Below are positions 1-10,184 of a stretch of DNA of 32,500 bases, piece after piece. Each line of letters starts with the position of its first letter. Position 1 is the first letter of the stretch. Under the pieces are notes generated by a model, which saw only the letters and a program-made list of their open reading frames with translations, ran no database searches and was not told the DNA's origin. The stretch lies in contig JWZX01003298.1 of NCBI GenBank assembly GCA_001275005.1, forward strand, positions 1 to 32,500, given 5' to 3'. This DNA is from Chrysochromulina tobinii. Lineage: Eukaryota. The position numbers and the translations under genes are program-made.

Positions 1-465
1 CGCCCCAGCGCGCCTCGCGTAGCACAAGGCCGCCTCTTCCGGCGTCGCGAAGGTGCCGAGATGGATCCCCACGCCATTCTCCTTGACTTTCACCGCGTAC
101 TTGCCATAACTCTTGTACACGCCCTTGAAGCCCGACTCATTAGTCAACGACGGCACCAGCTCGAGCCCCTCTGCCGTCGCGGCCTCTTTGACCTCATCCG
201 CCGAGAGCGGCTGCGGTCCTTCGCCCCTCGCCTGCGCCGCCTCTGCCGCCGCTCGCTCCGCCCCTATGTACCTCGCATAGCACAAGGCCGCCTCCTCCGG
301 CGTCGTGAACACGCCGAGATGGCGCAGCTTGCGATTGTCGCGACTCTGCACCTTGTACCCGCCTCGATGCTTGGCCACGCCTTTAAAGCCCGTCTCACGG
401 CTCGAGGATGGCACCAGCACGAGGCCCTCGGCCGCCGCCACCTCCCTGGCCTGGTCCGGCAGCAT
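1..465 (-). CDS. Tandem AP2-domain repeat protein, paralog of the 1914-5606 gene; partial, runs off the left edge
   Basis: Not in the ORF track; hand-translated from ATG at 465: MLPDQAREVAAAEGLVLVPSSSRETGFKGVAKHRGGYKVQSRDNRKLRHLGVFTTPEEAALCYARYIG...ESGFKGVYKSYGKYAVKVKENGVGSHLGTFATPEEAALCYARRAGA. Open to base 1. Two AP2 units with the F[KR]GV...LGxF.TPEEAAL.Y signature. Confidence 0.9.
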   Translation of the reverse strand, partial: MLPDQAREVAAAEGLVLVPSSSRETGFKGVAKHRGGYKVQSRDNRKLRHLGVFTTPEEAALCYARYIGAERAAAEAAQARGEGPQPLSADEVKEAATAEGLELVPSLTNESGFKGVYKSYGKYAVKVKENGVGIHLGTFATPEEAALCYARRAGA

Positions 466-638
466 CTCGCGACACAAGGAAAGAGAAGTTCGCGAAGGTG
501 TGAATGACAAATTTCCCCTGAGCAATGACCCTTCCTCCTCCTGTAAGAAGACACCGGAGTTAGTAGAGATCCTGCGCGCTCAAGGTGACTTTCGGAGATT
601 TTTGGGTTTGGGGAAATCACAGGCCAGGACGCGCTCGA

Positions 639-888
639 GAGTGCCATCTGAGTGCCATCTGAGTGCCCTCTGAGTGCCTCTTGAGATTGCCATCTGAGTG
701 CCATCTTAGTGCCTCTGAGTGCCTCTTGAGATTGCCATCTGAATGCCATCTGAGTGCCCTCTGAGTGCCTCTTGAGATTGCCATCTGAGTGCCATCTGAG
801 TGCCCTCTGAGTGTCCCCGACCGGAGATTGAACTTGATTGCACTGGATTGCACTTGATTGCTCATCGCTTGATTGCCCTTGATGGCAG
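639..888 (+). repeat. Microsatellite block (11-nt CTGAGTGCCAT/CTGAGTGCCCT units, then 10-nt TTGATTGCAC-like units) ending in a CAG acceptor; probably intron-derived
   Basis: Tandem units are visible at 639-815 and 826-885. The block ends ...GATGGCAG at 888, directly before a coding-like frame starting at 889. Confidence 0.85.
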
Positions 889-1396
889 GTGCTCGCCGAG
901 CGGCGCGCCGCGCTCAAGAGGGAGGAGGGCGCGCGCCGTCGTGGCGAGGCGCGGCTGGCGCAGGAGCTCGCGTTCCGAGATCGTCTCCTCGCCAATCTCG
1001 CCAATCTCGCGGTGGGCAAGCAGGAGGAGGAGCTCTCGAGGGCCGTTGCAATCCAGGGCCATCAAGTGCAATCAAGCGCAATCAAGGAGCTCTCAAGGGC
1101 CGTTGCAATCCAGGGCCATCCCGCCGGCGCTCCGTTCGGCGCTCGACACGACGCCTCCGAGGGGAAGGCATGGAGGGCGCTGATGGAAGGCATCGCGGTC
1201 AAGGTGCGCCGGCCGCTGATGACCCTCGTTGATGAGCCTCGCTGATGAGCCTGATTGCAACGCGTCGTGCTGAGCAGGCTGATGCCGAGGCGCGCCGCTA
1301 TCACGCGGAGCTGCTCGCCGCCCTCGCGGATGCAGAGAACGAGAGGGTGGTGCGGTGGTGCGCCTCAAAAACAAGGCGATGAGCGCCTTTGGGTAG
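889..1396 (+). pseudogene. Orphan 3' fragment of a coiled-coil protein gene (exons 889-1203 and 1278-~1382/1396)
   Basis: VLAERRAALKREEGARRRGEARLAQELAFRDRLL...GIAVK, then a GT-AG intron at 1204-1277, then ADAEARRYHAELLAALADAENERVV. No start exon found. An 8-nt duplication at 1347-1362 appears to shift the C-terminal frame. Confidence 0.5.
1204..1277 (+). other. Predicted 74-nt spliceosomal intron with CTGATGA-type repeat filler
   Basis: AAG|GTGCGC...CTGATGACCCTCGTTGATGAGCCTCGCTGATGAGCCTGATTGC...GAGCAG|GCT. Removing it joins two coding-like segments in phase 0. Confidence 0.6.
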
Positions 1397-1913
1397 CCAC
1401 CTCGTTGGTAGCCGTAGGGGGGGAGGCGGCCACATGGCACCGCCTTTGGGGCCACAAGGATGGGTTTGGCGTGGCCTGGAGACGCAAGAGGGGGCCGAGG
1501 CGACGAGTGAGCACACCTCCGTACAGTCGACAGTAACGCTAACGGCAGATGAGCTCAGTCGACAGTCGTCAGCCACGACAGCACTCGACTCTCGACTCGG
1601 GCTGGTGATACTGATAGAACGGAACCGAGCGTCGTAAATTTTGCTTTTTCTGTGCGGTGCGTCCGGTCGGTACAGTAGCACAGGTCCACCGTTCAGCTGT
1701 GAGCCGTCTCGTCAGAGCTGTGGCTAAACGACCGCACCACCGCTTCGCACTTGATGCGTTGAACACTACCGACGTACGAACTCCGTACGTACGGTACTAG
1801 ACAACTTCAACCGCCGCGTTCAAAGCATCAAGGCTGGGCCTGGGTTGGAAAACATGCGCCGGACGGTCGGCACCTCGTATGCTCTGCGGAACGATCACCA
1901 GCTTTAGCAACCG

Positions 1914-4900
1914 TCATTTGCAAAGGCGCTGGGGACACGGCCCAGGGACGAGCGTGCGAGCCACCAGCTGCTCCCGTCTGCACGTTGGGCACTTTTTCTC
2001 GAGTCTCTCGATGGGCAGTGGGTCATTGTCTGATTGCCCGGAGCCTTGCAGCCACTGGCTCAAGCAGCGCTTGTGGTAGTAGTTGCCGCAGCAAGGAGTG
2101 TGCCCGCACGCGGCCTCGCCTCGAGAGCTTGCCGCGCTCAAGTCCAGGGCTTCAAGGCAGATGACGCAACGAGCTGCGCCAGGGTCATCGCCGCTCTCGG
2201 CCGTGAGCTGTGGCTGGAAGGGAATCGCTCCCTGCAAGACCACCTCTGCAAAGGCCACTGCAACTGCTAGTCGCTTGCGCGAGGCGTGCTCGGTCGTGGC
2301 AGCTGGTAACGACGAGGGCGAGCCTTGCTGCTTGCGCTGGTCCTCGCGCATCGATGTAAACGCCTCCGCCTGCTCGACTTCGCTTCGAGTGGGCGGGGCG
2401 GGGACTGGCGCCTGGCTTGGAGGACGGTGGGGGGGTCGGGGTCCCGGAATCAGCCAGCCGTCGACGAGGTCGCGAACGTGCCTCGCGTAGCACAAGGCCG
2501 CCTCCTCTGGTGTCGCGAAGGAGCCGAGGTAGTGCGTCCTGCCATTCTCCCAGGTCTCCGTCGTGTACCTTCCAGACCTGTTACACACGGCCTTGAAGCC
2601 CGTCTCACTGCTCGAGGACGGCACCAGCTCGAGCCCCTCGGCCGCTGCGGCCGCCCTGGCCTCGTCCGCTGTGAGCGGCCGCGGCCTTTCGACCCTCGCC
2701 TCAGCCGCCTCAGCAGCCGCTCGCTCCGCCCCAATATGCCTCGCGTAGCATAAGGCCGCCTCCTCCGGCGTCGCGAAGGTGCCGAGGTGGCGCATCTTGC
2801 CATTCTCGGTGGTGTGCGCTTTGTACTTGTAATAAGTCTTGGTCACGCCCTTGAAGCCTGACTCACAGGTCCACGACGGCACGAGCTCGAGCCCCTCGGC
2901 CGCAGCGACTGCCCTGACCTCATCGGCCTCGTCCGCCGTGAGCGGCTGCAAACCTTCGCCTCTCGCCACCGACGCCTCCGCCGCTGCTCGCTTCGCCCCA
3001 GCGTGCCTCGCGTAGCACAAAGCCGCCTCCTCCGGCGTCGCAAAAAAGCCGAGGTGGCGCGCCTTGCCATTCTCCTTGATCCGCCCCATGTACTTGCCAT
3101 GATGCTTGCACACGCCCTTAAAGCCCGTCTCACCGTATGACGACAGCACCAGCTCGAGCCCCTCAGCCGCCGCGGCCGCCCTGGCCTCGTCTGCCGTCAG
3201 CGGCTGCGGCAGTGTGACCCTCACCTCAGCCGCCTGAGCCGCCGCTCGCTCCGCCCCAATGTGCCTCGCGTAGCACAAGGCCGCCTCCTCCGGTGTCGTG
3301 AAGCTGCCCAGGTGACGCTGCATACCCCTCTCCAGAACCCGCGCCTTGTACATGCCATACTTCTTGGTCACGCCCCTGAAACCCGTCTCACTGCTCGAGG
3401 ACGGCACCAGCACGAGCCCCTCGGCCGCCGCGGCCACCCTGGCCTCGTCCGCTGTGAGCGGCCGCGGCCTTTTGCCCCTTGCCTCCGCTGCCTCTGCCAC
3501 CGCTCGCTCCGCCCCAGCGTGCCTCGCGTAGCACAAGGCCGCCTCCTCTGGGGTCGCGAAGGTGCCCAGGTGGCGCAAATTGCCTTTTTCCTCAATCCGC
3601 GCCTGGTACTTGCCATAATGCATGACCACGCCCTTGAAGCCCGACTCGCCGCTCGACGATGGCAATAGCTCGAGCCCCTCGGCTGCCGCGGCTACCCTGG
3701 CCTCATCCGGCGTGAGCTGCTGCGGTCCTTCGACCCTGGCATGTGCCGCCTCTGCCATCGATCGCTCCGCCCCGATGTACCTCGCATAGCGTAAGGCCGC
3801 CTCCTCCGGCGTCGCGAAGGTGCCCAGGTGGCGCTGGCCATTCTCCCTGATGGGCCGAGAGTTGGCATACTCGCTGTCATCAGAGGTCATCAGAGGTCAT
3901 CAGAGGTCATCAGAGGCCATCAGGCTGCACCTGATATGGGCCGAGTACTTGCCACGATGCTTGGTCACTCCTTTGAAGCCCGTCTCATTGCTCGAGGACG
4001 GCACCAGGTCGAGGCCCTCGGCCGCCGCCGCCGCCCTGGCCTCGTCCGCCGTGAGCGGCCTTGGGCCTTCGCCCCTCGCCTGCGCCGCCTCCGCCGCCGC
4101 TCGCTCCGCCCCGATGTACCTTGCGTAGCACAAGGCCGCCTCCTCCGGCGTCGAGAACACGCCGAGGTAGCGATGCTTGCCTTTCTCCTTGATGTGAGCC
4201 TTGTACCTGCCAGAGTGCTTGCGCACGCCCTTGAAGCCCGTCTCACCGCTCGAGGATGGCACTAGCTCGAGGCCCTCGGCCGCCGCGGCCGCCCTGGCCT
4301 CATCCGCCGTGAGCGGCTGCGGTCCTTCGCCCCTCGCCTCCGCCGCCTCCGCCGCCGCTCGCTCCGCCCCAGCGTGCCTCGCGTAGCACAAGGCTGCCTC
4401 CTCTGGCGTCGCAAACATTCCGAGGTTGCGCAGCGGGCCATTCTCCGTGATGCTTGCATTGTACTTGCTACCGTTCCTTGTCACGCCCCTAAACCCCGTC
4501 TCACTGCTCGAGGACGGCACCAGCTCGAGCCTTTCAGTCGCGGCCGCCGCCCTGGCCTCATCCGCTGTGAGTGGCCGCGGACCTTCGCCCCTTGCCTCCG
4601 CCGCCTCCGCCGCCGCTCGCTCCGCCCCAATGCGCCTCGCGTAACACAAGGCCGCCTCCTCTGGGGTCGCGAAGGAGCCGACGTAACGCCGCTTGCCATT
4701 CTCCCAGATCTGCCCCTGATACCTGCCATAATGCTCGGCCACGCCCTTGAAGCCCGTCTCATTGCTCGAGGACGGCACCAGCTCGAGCCCCTCGGCCGCC
4801 GCGGCCGCCCTGGCCTCGTCCGCCGTGAGCGGCCTTGGGCCTTCGCCCCTCGCCTCGGCCGACCCTGCCGCCGCTCGCTTCGCCCCAATGTGCCTCGCAT

Positions 4901-5606
4901 AGCACAATGCCGCCTCTTCCGACGTCGCGAAGGTGCCGAGGTAGCGCTGCGTGCCATTCTCCCTGATGTTTGCGATGTACTTGCTACCGTTCCTTGTTAC
5001 GCCCCTGAAGCCCGTCTCACTATATGACGACGGCACCAGCTCGAGCCCCTCGGCCGCAGCTGCCGCCCTGGCCTCATCCGGCGTGAGTGGCCGCGGCACT
5101 GGGACCCTCGCCTCGGCCGCCTCTGCCGCCGCTCGCTCCGCCCCAGCGCGCCGCGCGTAGGACAAGGCCGCCTCTTCCGGCGTCGCGAAGGTGCCGAGGT
5201 GGATCTGCATGCCATTCTCGGTGATCTGAGCCTTGTACTTGCCTTGATTCATCCGCACGCCCCTGAAGCCTATTTCACCGATTGCAGACGGCACCAGCTC
5301 GAGCCCCTCGGCCGCCGCGGCCGCCCTGGCCTCGTCTGCCGTGAGCGGCCGCGGCGCTGCGACCCTCGCCTCGGCCGCCTCAGCCGCCGCTCGCCCCGCC
5401 CCAATGTGCCTCGCATAGCACAAGGCCGCCTCCTCCGGCGATGGAAACTTGCCGAGGTGGAGCTTCATTCCATTCTCTCGGATCTGCGCCTCGTAGTACT
5501 TGCCATGTTTCTTGCACACGCCCTTGAATCCGGTCTCATTGCTCGACGAGGGCACCAGCTCGAGCCCCTCGGCCGCCGCGGCCGCCCTGACTTCCTCCGG
5601 TAGCAT
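1914..5606 (-). CDS. 12x AP2-domain repeat protein with C-terminal RING finger; join(3931..5606, 1914..3846), ~1202 aa
   Basis: ORFs 3900..5624 and 1914..3890 share a frame and are joined by an 84-nt GT-AG intron. There are twelve ~86-aa units with the AP2 signature (GF[KR]GV...Y.A.I.ENG...LG.F.TPEEAAL.Y). C-terminal CVIC...CCGNYYHKRC...W...CPTC. ATG at 5606 (MLPEEVR) matches the paralog start (MLPDQAR). Confidence 0.92.
2480..5600 (-). repeat. Coding tandem repeat, ~258-nt unit x12 (AP2 domain plus Ala/Glu-rich linker)
   Basis: The motif gcaccagctcgagccc and close variants recur at ~258-nt spacing (e.g. 5552, 5291, 5033, 4775). Confidence 0.95.
3847..3930 (-). other. 84-nt spliceosomal intron in AP2 repeat 7
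   Basis: ATCAG|GTGCAG...(CTGATGACCT)n...CCCATCAG|GGAGAAT. Splicing restores I-R-E-N-G as in sister repeats, while the unspliced frame contains TGA stops. Confidence 0.92.
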
Positions 5607-6139
5607 CGTGTCGCGACAACGCAAAGGATGATGCGCCCTTGCTCGAGAGACGAGCGCTGCGAGCGTCCGTTACTCGAAAACTTTTCTAAAAAAAGGTCAG
5701 CAAATCCGCTCTGAAAGTGTGGAGTCCTGTCTGTTACGCGATTCTGTACACTCTGCCATTTCGATCCAGAACAACGTCTGAGCGCGGTCCTCGAGTGTAT
5801 AGGTTCCCAATACGGCTCTAGTTTCCGGCGTTGAGTTGGCAGTTGTTATTTAGGGTACGAAGGCTTCCTTCTCCTACACCGACCCGGTCCGGTGTCCCCT
5901 GGTGTGCGCTTTGCACGCTCATCGACGAACAAATACAGAAATACCTTGTCGTGCTTCGGCGTGCACCGACCTGCGACCACCCGGACACTCCGCTCTCCGG
6001 ACGGCGGGCGGGGAGCGTGCTCGGTGCTGTGCGCTCTGGCTCTCTCCATGATACCGTTCTGCGCACTGCTCTCATGCGACCATCCATTCGATCCATTCAC
6101 GTTCTCCAATCACACTCTCGCAATGCCCATTCATCCAGA

Positions 6140-9100
6140 TCAATTGCCTAATTTGGGTGCAAGGAGTAGCCAGCCAGCTCGCCACTCATCAAGATCGATC
6201 ACGCCGTTACCATCAGTATCGAGAGAGGTCACCATGTCCTCGATCACCTCTGTGGGTACGTCGCCTCGGCCGCGCAGGAAGTCGCCCATCGCAGCCAAAG
6301 GGATCGTGTCACTTCCTGCGGCGACCATGTTGAACAGGGAATCTGCCACGATGGTGTCGTAGTGCGCCGTCGGCAGCGGCGCCTTGGGCGACGTTGGCAG
6401 CGGAGCCTCCTGTGGAACCTCCTTTGCTGTTGCTTCGACCTGTGCTGCTGCTTCAACCTGTGCTACTGCTGCAGCGATGGCGGAGCGTACGAGCCGAATG
6501 GCATCCGCCATCATCGCATCCGCATCACGAGCCGCCTGCACCGCGGCTGCCGCTTCAACGGCCGCCTCGACGGCCGCCGCGGCCACCGCCGCGCCTTGGG
6601 CGAGGGCCTGCTGTGAACACAGCTGGGCCGCCCTTGACTTCCTCTCCGCGCGCCCGCGCATCAGGGCCTGCATCAACGCCGCCGCATGCGCCTCCACACG
6701 CAGCTGCTTGGCCGCTGCGGATCGGCCGGTGTGCCCACGGTAGGAGGCCTGCATGATCGTGGCGGCCGCGCGGCGCGCCTTGAGCTCGTTGCGATAGCCG
6801 TTGGCGACGAAGCTCGAGCGCACGCGCGCCTGGATGGCAATCGTGGCCTTCTCGGCCGCTTCTTGCTCCGCCTTCGCCGCCGCCTCATCCTCCTCCGATG
6901 CCGCCGGTGAGGCTTTGGACGCCACGATTGCCTGCGCTGACTCAACCTCGGGCTCGACCTCGGGCAATACCTCGGGCTCGACCTTCGGCATGACCTTCGG
7001 CTCGACGGCAGCGATGCGCGCGTGCCTGCCAGACCTGCCATCCTGTTGTTGCCCTCGCTGCTCGGCAAGCTCGGAGCTCAACTCATCAATGAGCTTCTGT
7101 AGCTCGTGCGGATCGTGCGGGACCACGACAGCACGATCCGAGCCGCGAGCCGATGCCGCCACCGCGAGCCTTGACGTGCGAGATCGAGCGCCGCCCCGAG
7201 CGTGTGGGCCCTCCTTGGATGCGCCCGGTACGGCGCCGCCGATCGGAGGCAAACGAGTAGACGATTCCAAATTTGGTCGTGCAGCTGAGGAGCCGCGTGC
7301 TGCGGCCCGGCGGATACCCTTCCGCGTCAGCTCTGGGGCCGAGGTGGAGACGGACAGCGCTGACTGCCTTGTATGAGCGACTGCCACAGCCAGAGTTGGC
7401 ACCTTCTCCTCCTCGCCCGCCTCGCCCAGCGCACCCGCCTCGCCAACTGAGGCCACCTTGCCGGTCATCAGGAATGTGTTGAGCAAAGGATGGTGCGCAA
7501 GGCGTACAAGGAGCCACCGGGCGCCCGAGCCCCCCTCAGCCGCCAGCGAGTCGTCGCTGCCGTCCCCCTCCGTCGCCTCCGAGACCTCTGCCGGCTCCAT
7601 CTCTGTCTCGACTCGCCGGGTGCGACCTCCTTTGGCGGCGCCTCTGTTGGCGCCCCTGCCGCCCGATGGCACTCCTTCCACAACGGCCGTTGGCGCCCAG
7701 CTGGAACCGGAGGCTGTTTGCGCAGTGCGCTCGCTGGCAGGGGGGATCAGCGGCAGAGAGCCACGTGAACCAGTCGGCGGAGCGCCCGACGTCGCAAACT
7801 CCTCTCCTTCCCACGTCGGCACTTTCGAAGGCACCTTTGTCGGCACCGTTGTCGGCGGCTCATCATCCCAAGGATTCTCAATAGGATTCTCGAGCGCGAC
7901 TCTTCGTCGTCGATTCGAGGCGGCAGGATTCGAGGCGGCAGCGTCGTGCGTAGCGGCGGCTGTGCCCTCGCCCGGCACCTCCGGACTCGCACCAACAATG
8001 CCGCCCGCACCGACGGGCGCACTCACCGGCGCGCCAACGGCTGCAAAGGCCATCCCGGCGACGGCCCCCTCGGCGGCCGTCTTGCGTCCTCCTGCCTTGC
8101 GATGAGGCGCCGACGGCTCCGGAGGCGGTTGCACGGCCGCCAAGCGCGCGAGCGCGCGCGGCGACCGATCGAAGATGTCGCGTAGCAGCCGCGTGACCTT
8201 TGACTGTGTCGGGATAGGCTTTAGAGGCGGTAGTACAAGGGCCGACCTGGATGAGGCGAGGGTGCCGCTGCCGGGGGCTGAGGGGCCCACGATCACATCC
8301 GACGGCGACGGCAACGCGCTGGCTGTTGGGCCTGGCACCAAGACCGATGCCAAGAGCAGCGACGTGGCGGTGGTGGCGGTGACGTGTGCGCGTGATGGGG
8401 ACGCTATTCCAGAAGCAGCTGCCGATGCCGACGCCACCTCGCTGTCAATGTTGTCATCGGCAACCGATGTCGCGCCACCGCTCCCCACCGCCACCGCCGC
8501 GTGCGCATGTGCGGCGCCATCGGTGTGTACATGTCGCGGCTCGAGCTCCCCGCGCTGCAGCCGCGCATTCAAGCGCTGGGCTTCCAGCTGCCTTGCGCGC
8601 AGCTTGTCGCGCGCCTCCCGATCTTTTTCGAGCTCAGCCGAGATCGAGAATGACGAAGCCGGTGAGTCCTTGAGCCAAATGGCGGAGCCCGAGGCGGCGA
8701 GCAGCTGCTTACGCCTCTCGACCGACGCAAGCGAGCGCACCGGCGGCATGATCGCCGCTGCGTGGTGCGAGCCTGCGGCCACGAGAAGGGCGGGTCCGCC
8801 GAGGGCTACTGGTACAGCCTCCGCCATCGAGGGTACATGGGGGCCCTGACCGCACTGGCCGTCGCCATTGTCGCCCATGCAAAGCACCATACCGCCTAGC
8901 GTCTGCACCACCGTGTAGCTCTCACCGCACCCGATCCAGACCACGGGACGTGCCGGTAGGCACAGCGATGGGCAGCGGAGCGGCGTGCTCACGGCGCGTA
9001 CGGCGCTCGCTCCACCGCCGAGGCCGAGCTGTCCGTGACCGTTCGCACCCCATACGAAGACGTCGGAGCAAGCGCCACGCACTGCGAGGGCCGCGGAGTG

Positions 9101-9992
9101 TGCACCGCCCGCCGCCACCATCACCACAGCTTGCCCGTGCAAAGCGCCCATGACGACGCGCGGCTCGGAGCAACGGAAATCGTCGAGGCTCGGCAGCGCG
9201 CTCGGGACGACGCCGAGCCTGCCGCTGGCTACTAGGCCAAAGGCGAGCACGGTGTGATCTGCGAGCAGCACGAGCACATGCCTGGAGCTCGACGCCAGCT
9301 GCACGCACCCAGCGGAGCGCGCCCGCAGCGCCGCCACCTCCGTCGGCGTGAACCTATCGAGCTTGCCCGCCAGCCGTCCCCTCTTCGGCGTCGCGTCACC
9401 GTGACCGAGGCAGCCGCCGGCGCCCTCGCCCCAGCTGTAGACGTGCGCACGCTCATCACCCGCGCGCCGAAAGCTGCCCAGCGAGTGCGCCGCACCCGCC
9501 GCCGCGTCCAGCCACTCACCCTCGTCCGACGGGCGAGGCACCTCGGCAGGCTTGGTGACGGCGCTCGTGTGGCCGAGCCCGAGCTGACCGCTGCTGTTGC
9601 GGCCCCATGCAAAGGCGGCGCCCGCCGCGGAGAGTGCGATTGCATGGCGCGCGCCGCAAGCCACGCGCAGAATGTCGTGCTTTAGCAGCGCCCGGTGCGG
9701 CCTGGAGCACTCGCCGAGGCGTGGAGCCATCCGTGTTCCTCGCGTCGGCGAGCTCGCCATCCCCGTTGCTGCCGCACACGTACGTGGCGCCACGCGACGT
9801 GACCAGGACCGTAAACGTCTCGCCGGTGGCAATCAATACCGCGCGCTCGGCTGGAGGCAAGCCAAGGGCCGGTTGAGGCACCGTCTGCAGTGCCGGCTGT
9901 GGCTTGATCTCCTCGCCGTCAGCGTCGATCCGAATGCCCAGCTGGCTGTGAACGCCGCGGCCCCAGGCCATGGCTGTGGCATTGGTCGGCAT
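6140..9992 (-). CDS. RCC1-repeat protein with IQ motifs and C-terminal EF-hand(s); one apparent +1 frameshift near 9692
   Basis: RCC1 repeats (AWGRNSSGQLG, VWGANGHGQLG, CMGDNGDGQCG). The first repeats (AWGRGVHSQLG, VCGSNGDGEL) lie in the ORF 9516..9998 frame, from ATG 9992. Three IQ-like motifs (IQARVRS, MQASYRG, MQALMRG). EF loop DTDGNGVIDLDE. Confidence 0.85.
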
Positions 9993-10184
9993 GGCCAAGT
10001 GGCAAACCCCAGCCGCTCAGCTGCGTGCGCGTCTTGGTGTTGGTCGAACCGCATGAAACGCGAGAAAAGCGACCTGTGAACTTCCTGTGAACAGGGTGAC
10101 ATAAAGAGAACTTTGTAACAGGGTGACATAAAGCCCGGTGTAATGATATGGCTTTTATGGGACACCAACCATGAAAAGAGGTGT

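Noticed and set aside
639..888. CRISPR-like array
   Set aside because: Units abut with no unique spacers, there are no cas genes and the context is eukaryotic; this is a microsatellite.
2480..5600. AP2 repeats as a CRISPR array or DGR template/variable pair
   Set aside because: All units are in-frame coding, no reverse transcriptase is present in the window, and by eye the variation is not restricted to adenines.
61..5603. Many overlapping Arg/Ala/Ser-rich alternative-frame and antisense ORFs, here and throughout the window
   Set aside because: Shadow ORFs expected from high GC content and repeats; no domain signatures.
1914..5624. Two separate genes (ORFs 3900..5624 and 1914..3890)
   Set aside because: Same frame, and a GT-AG intron at 3847-3930 restores a complete AP2 unit. 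The MTSDD and MASDDL ends are translated intron satellite.
10090..10133. aacagggtgacataaag x2 upstream of the RCC1 gene as a regulatory site
   Set aside because: A real 17-nt repeat, but local duplications are common in this window and nothing supports a function.
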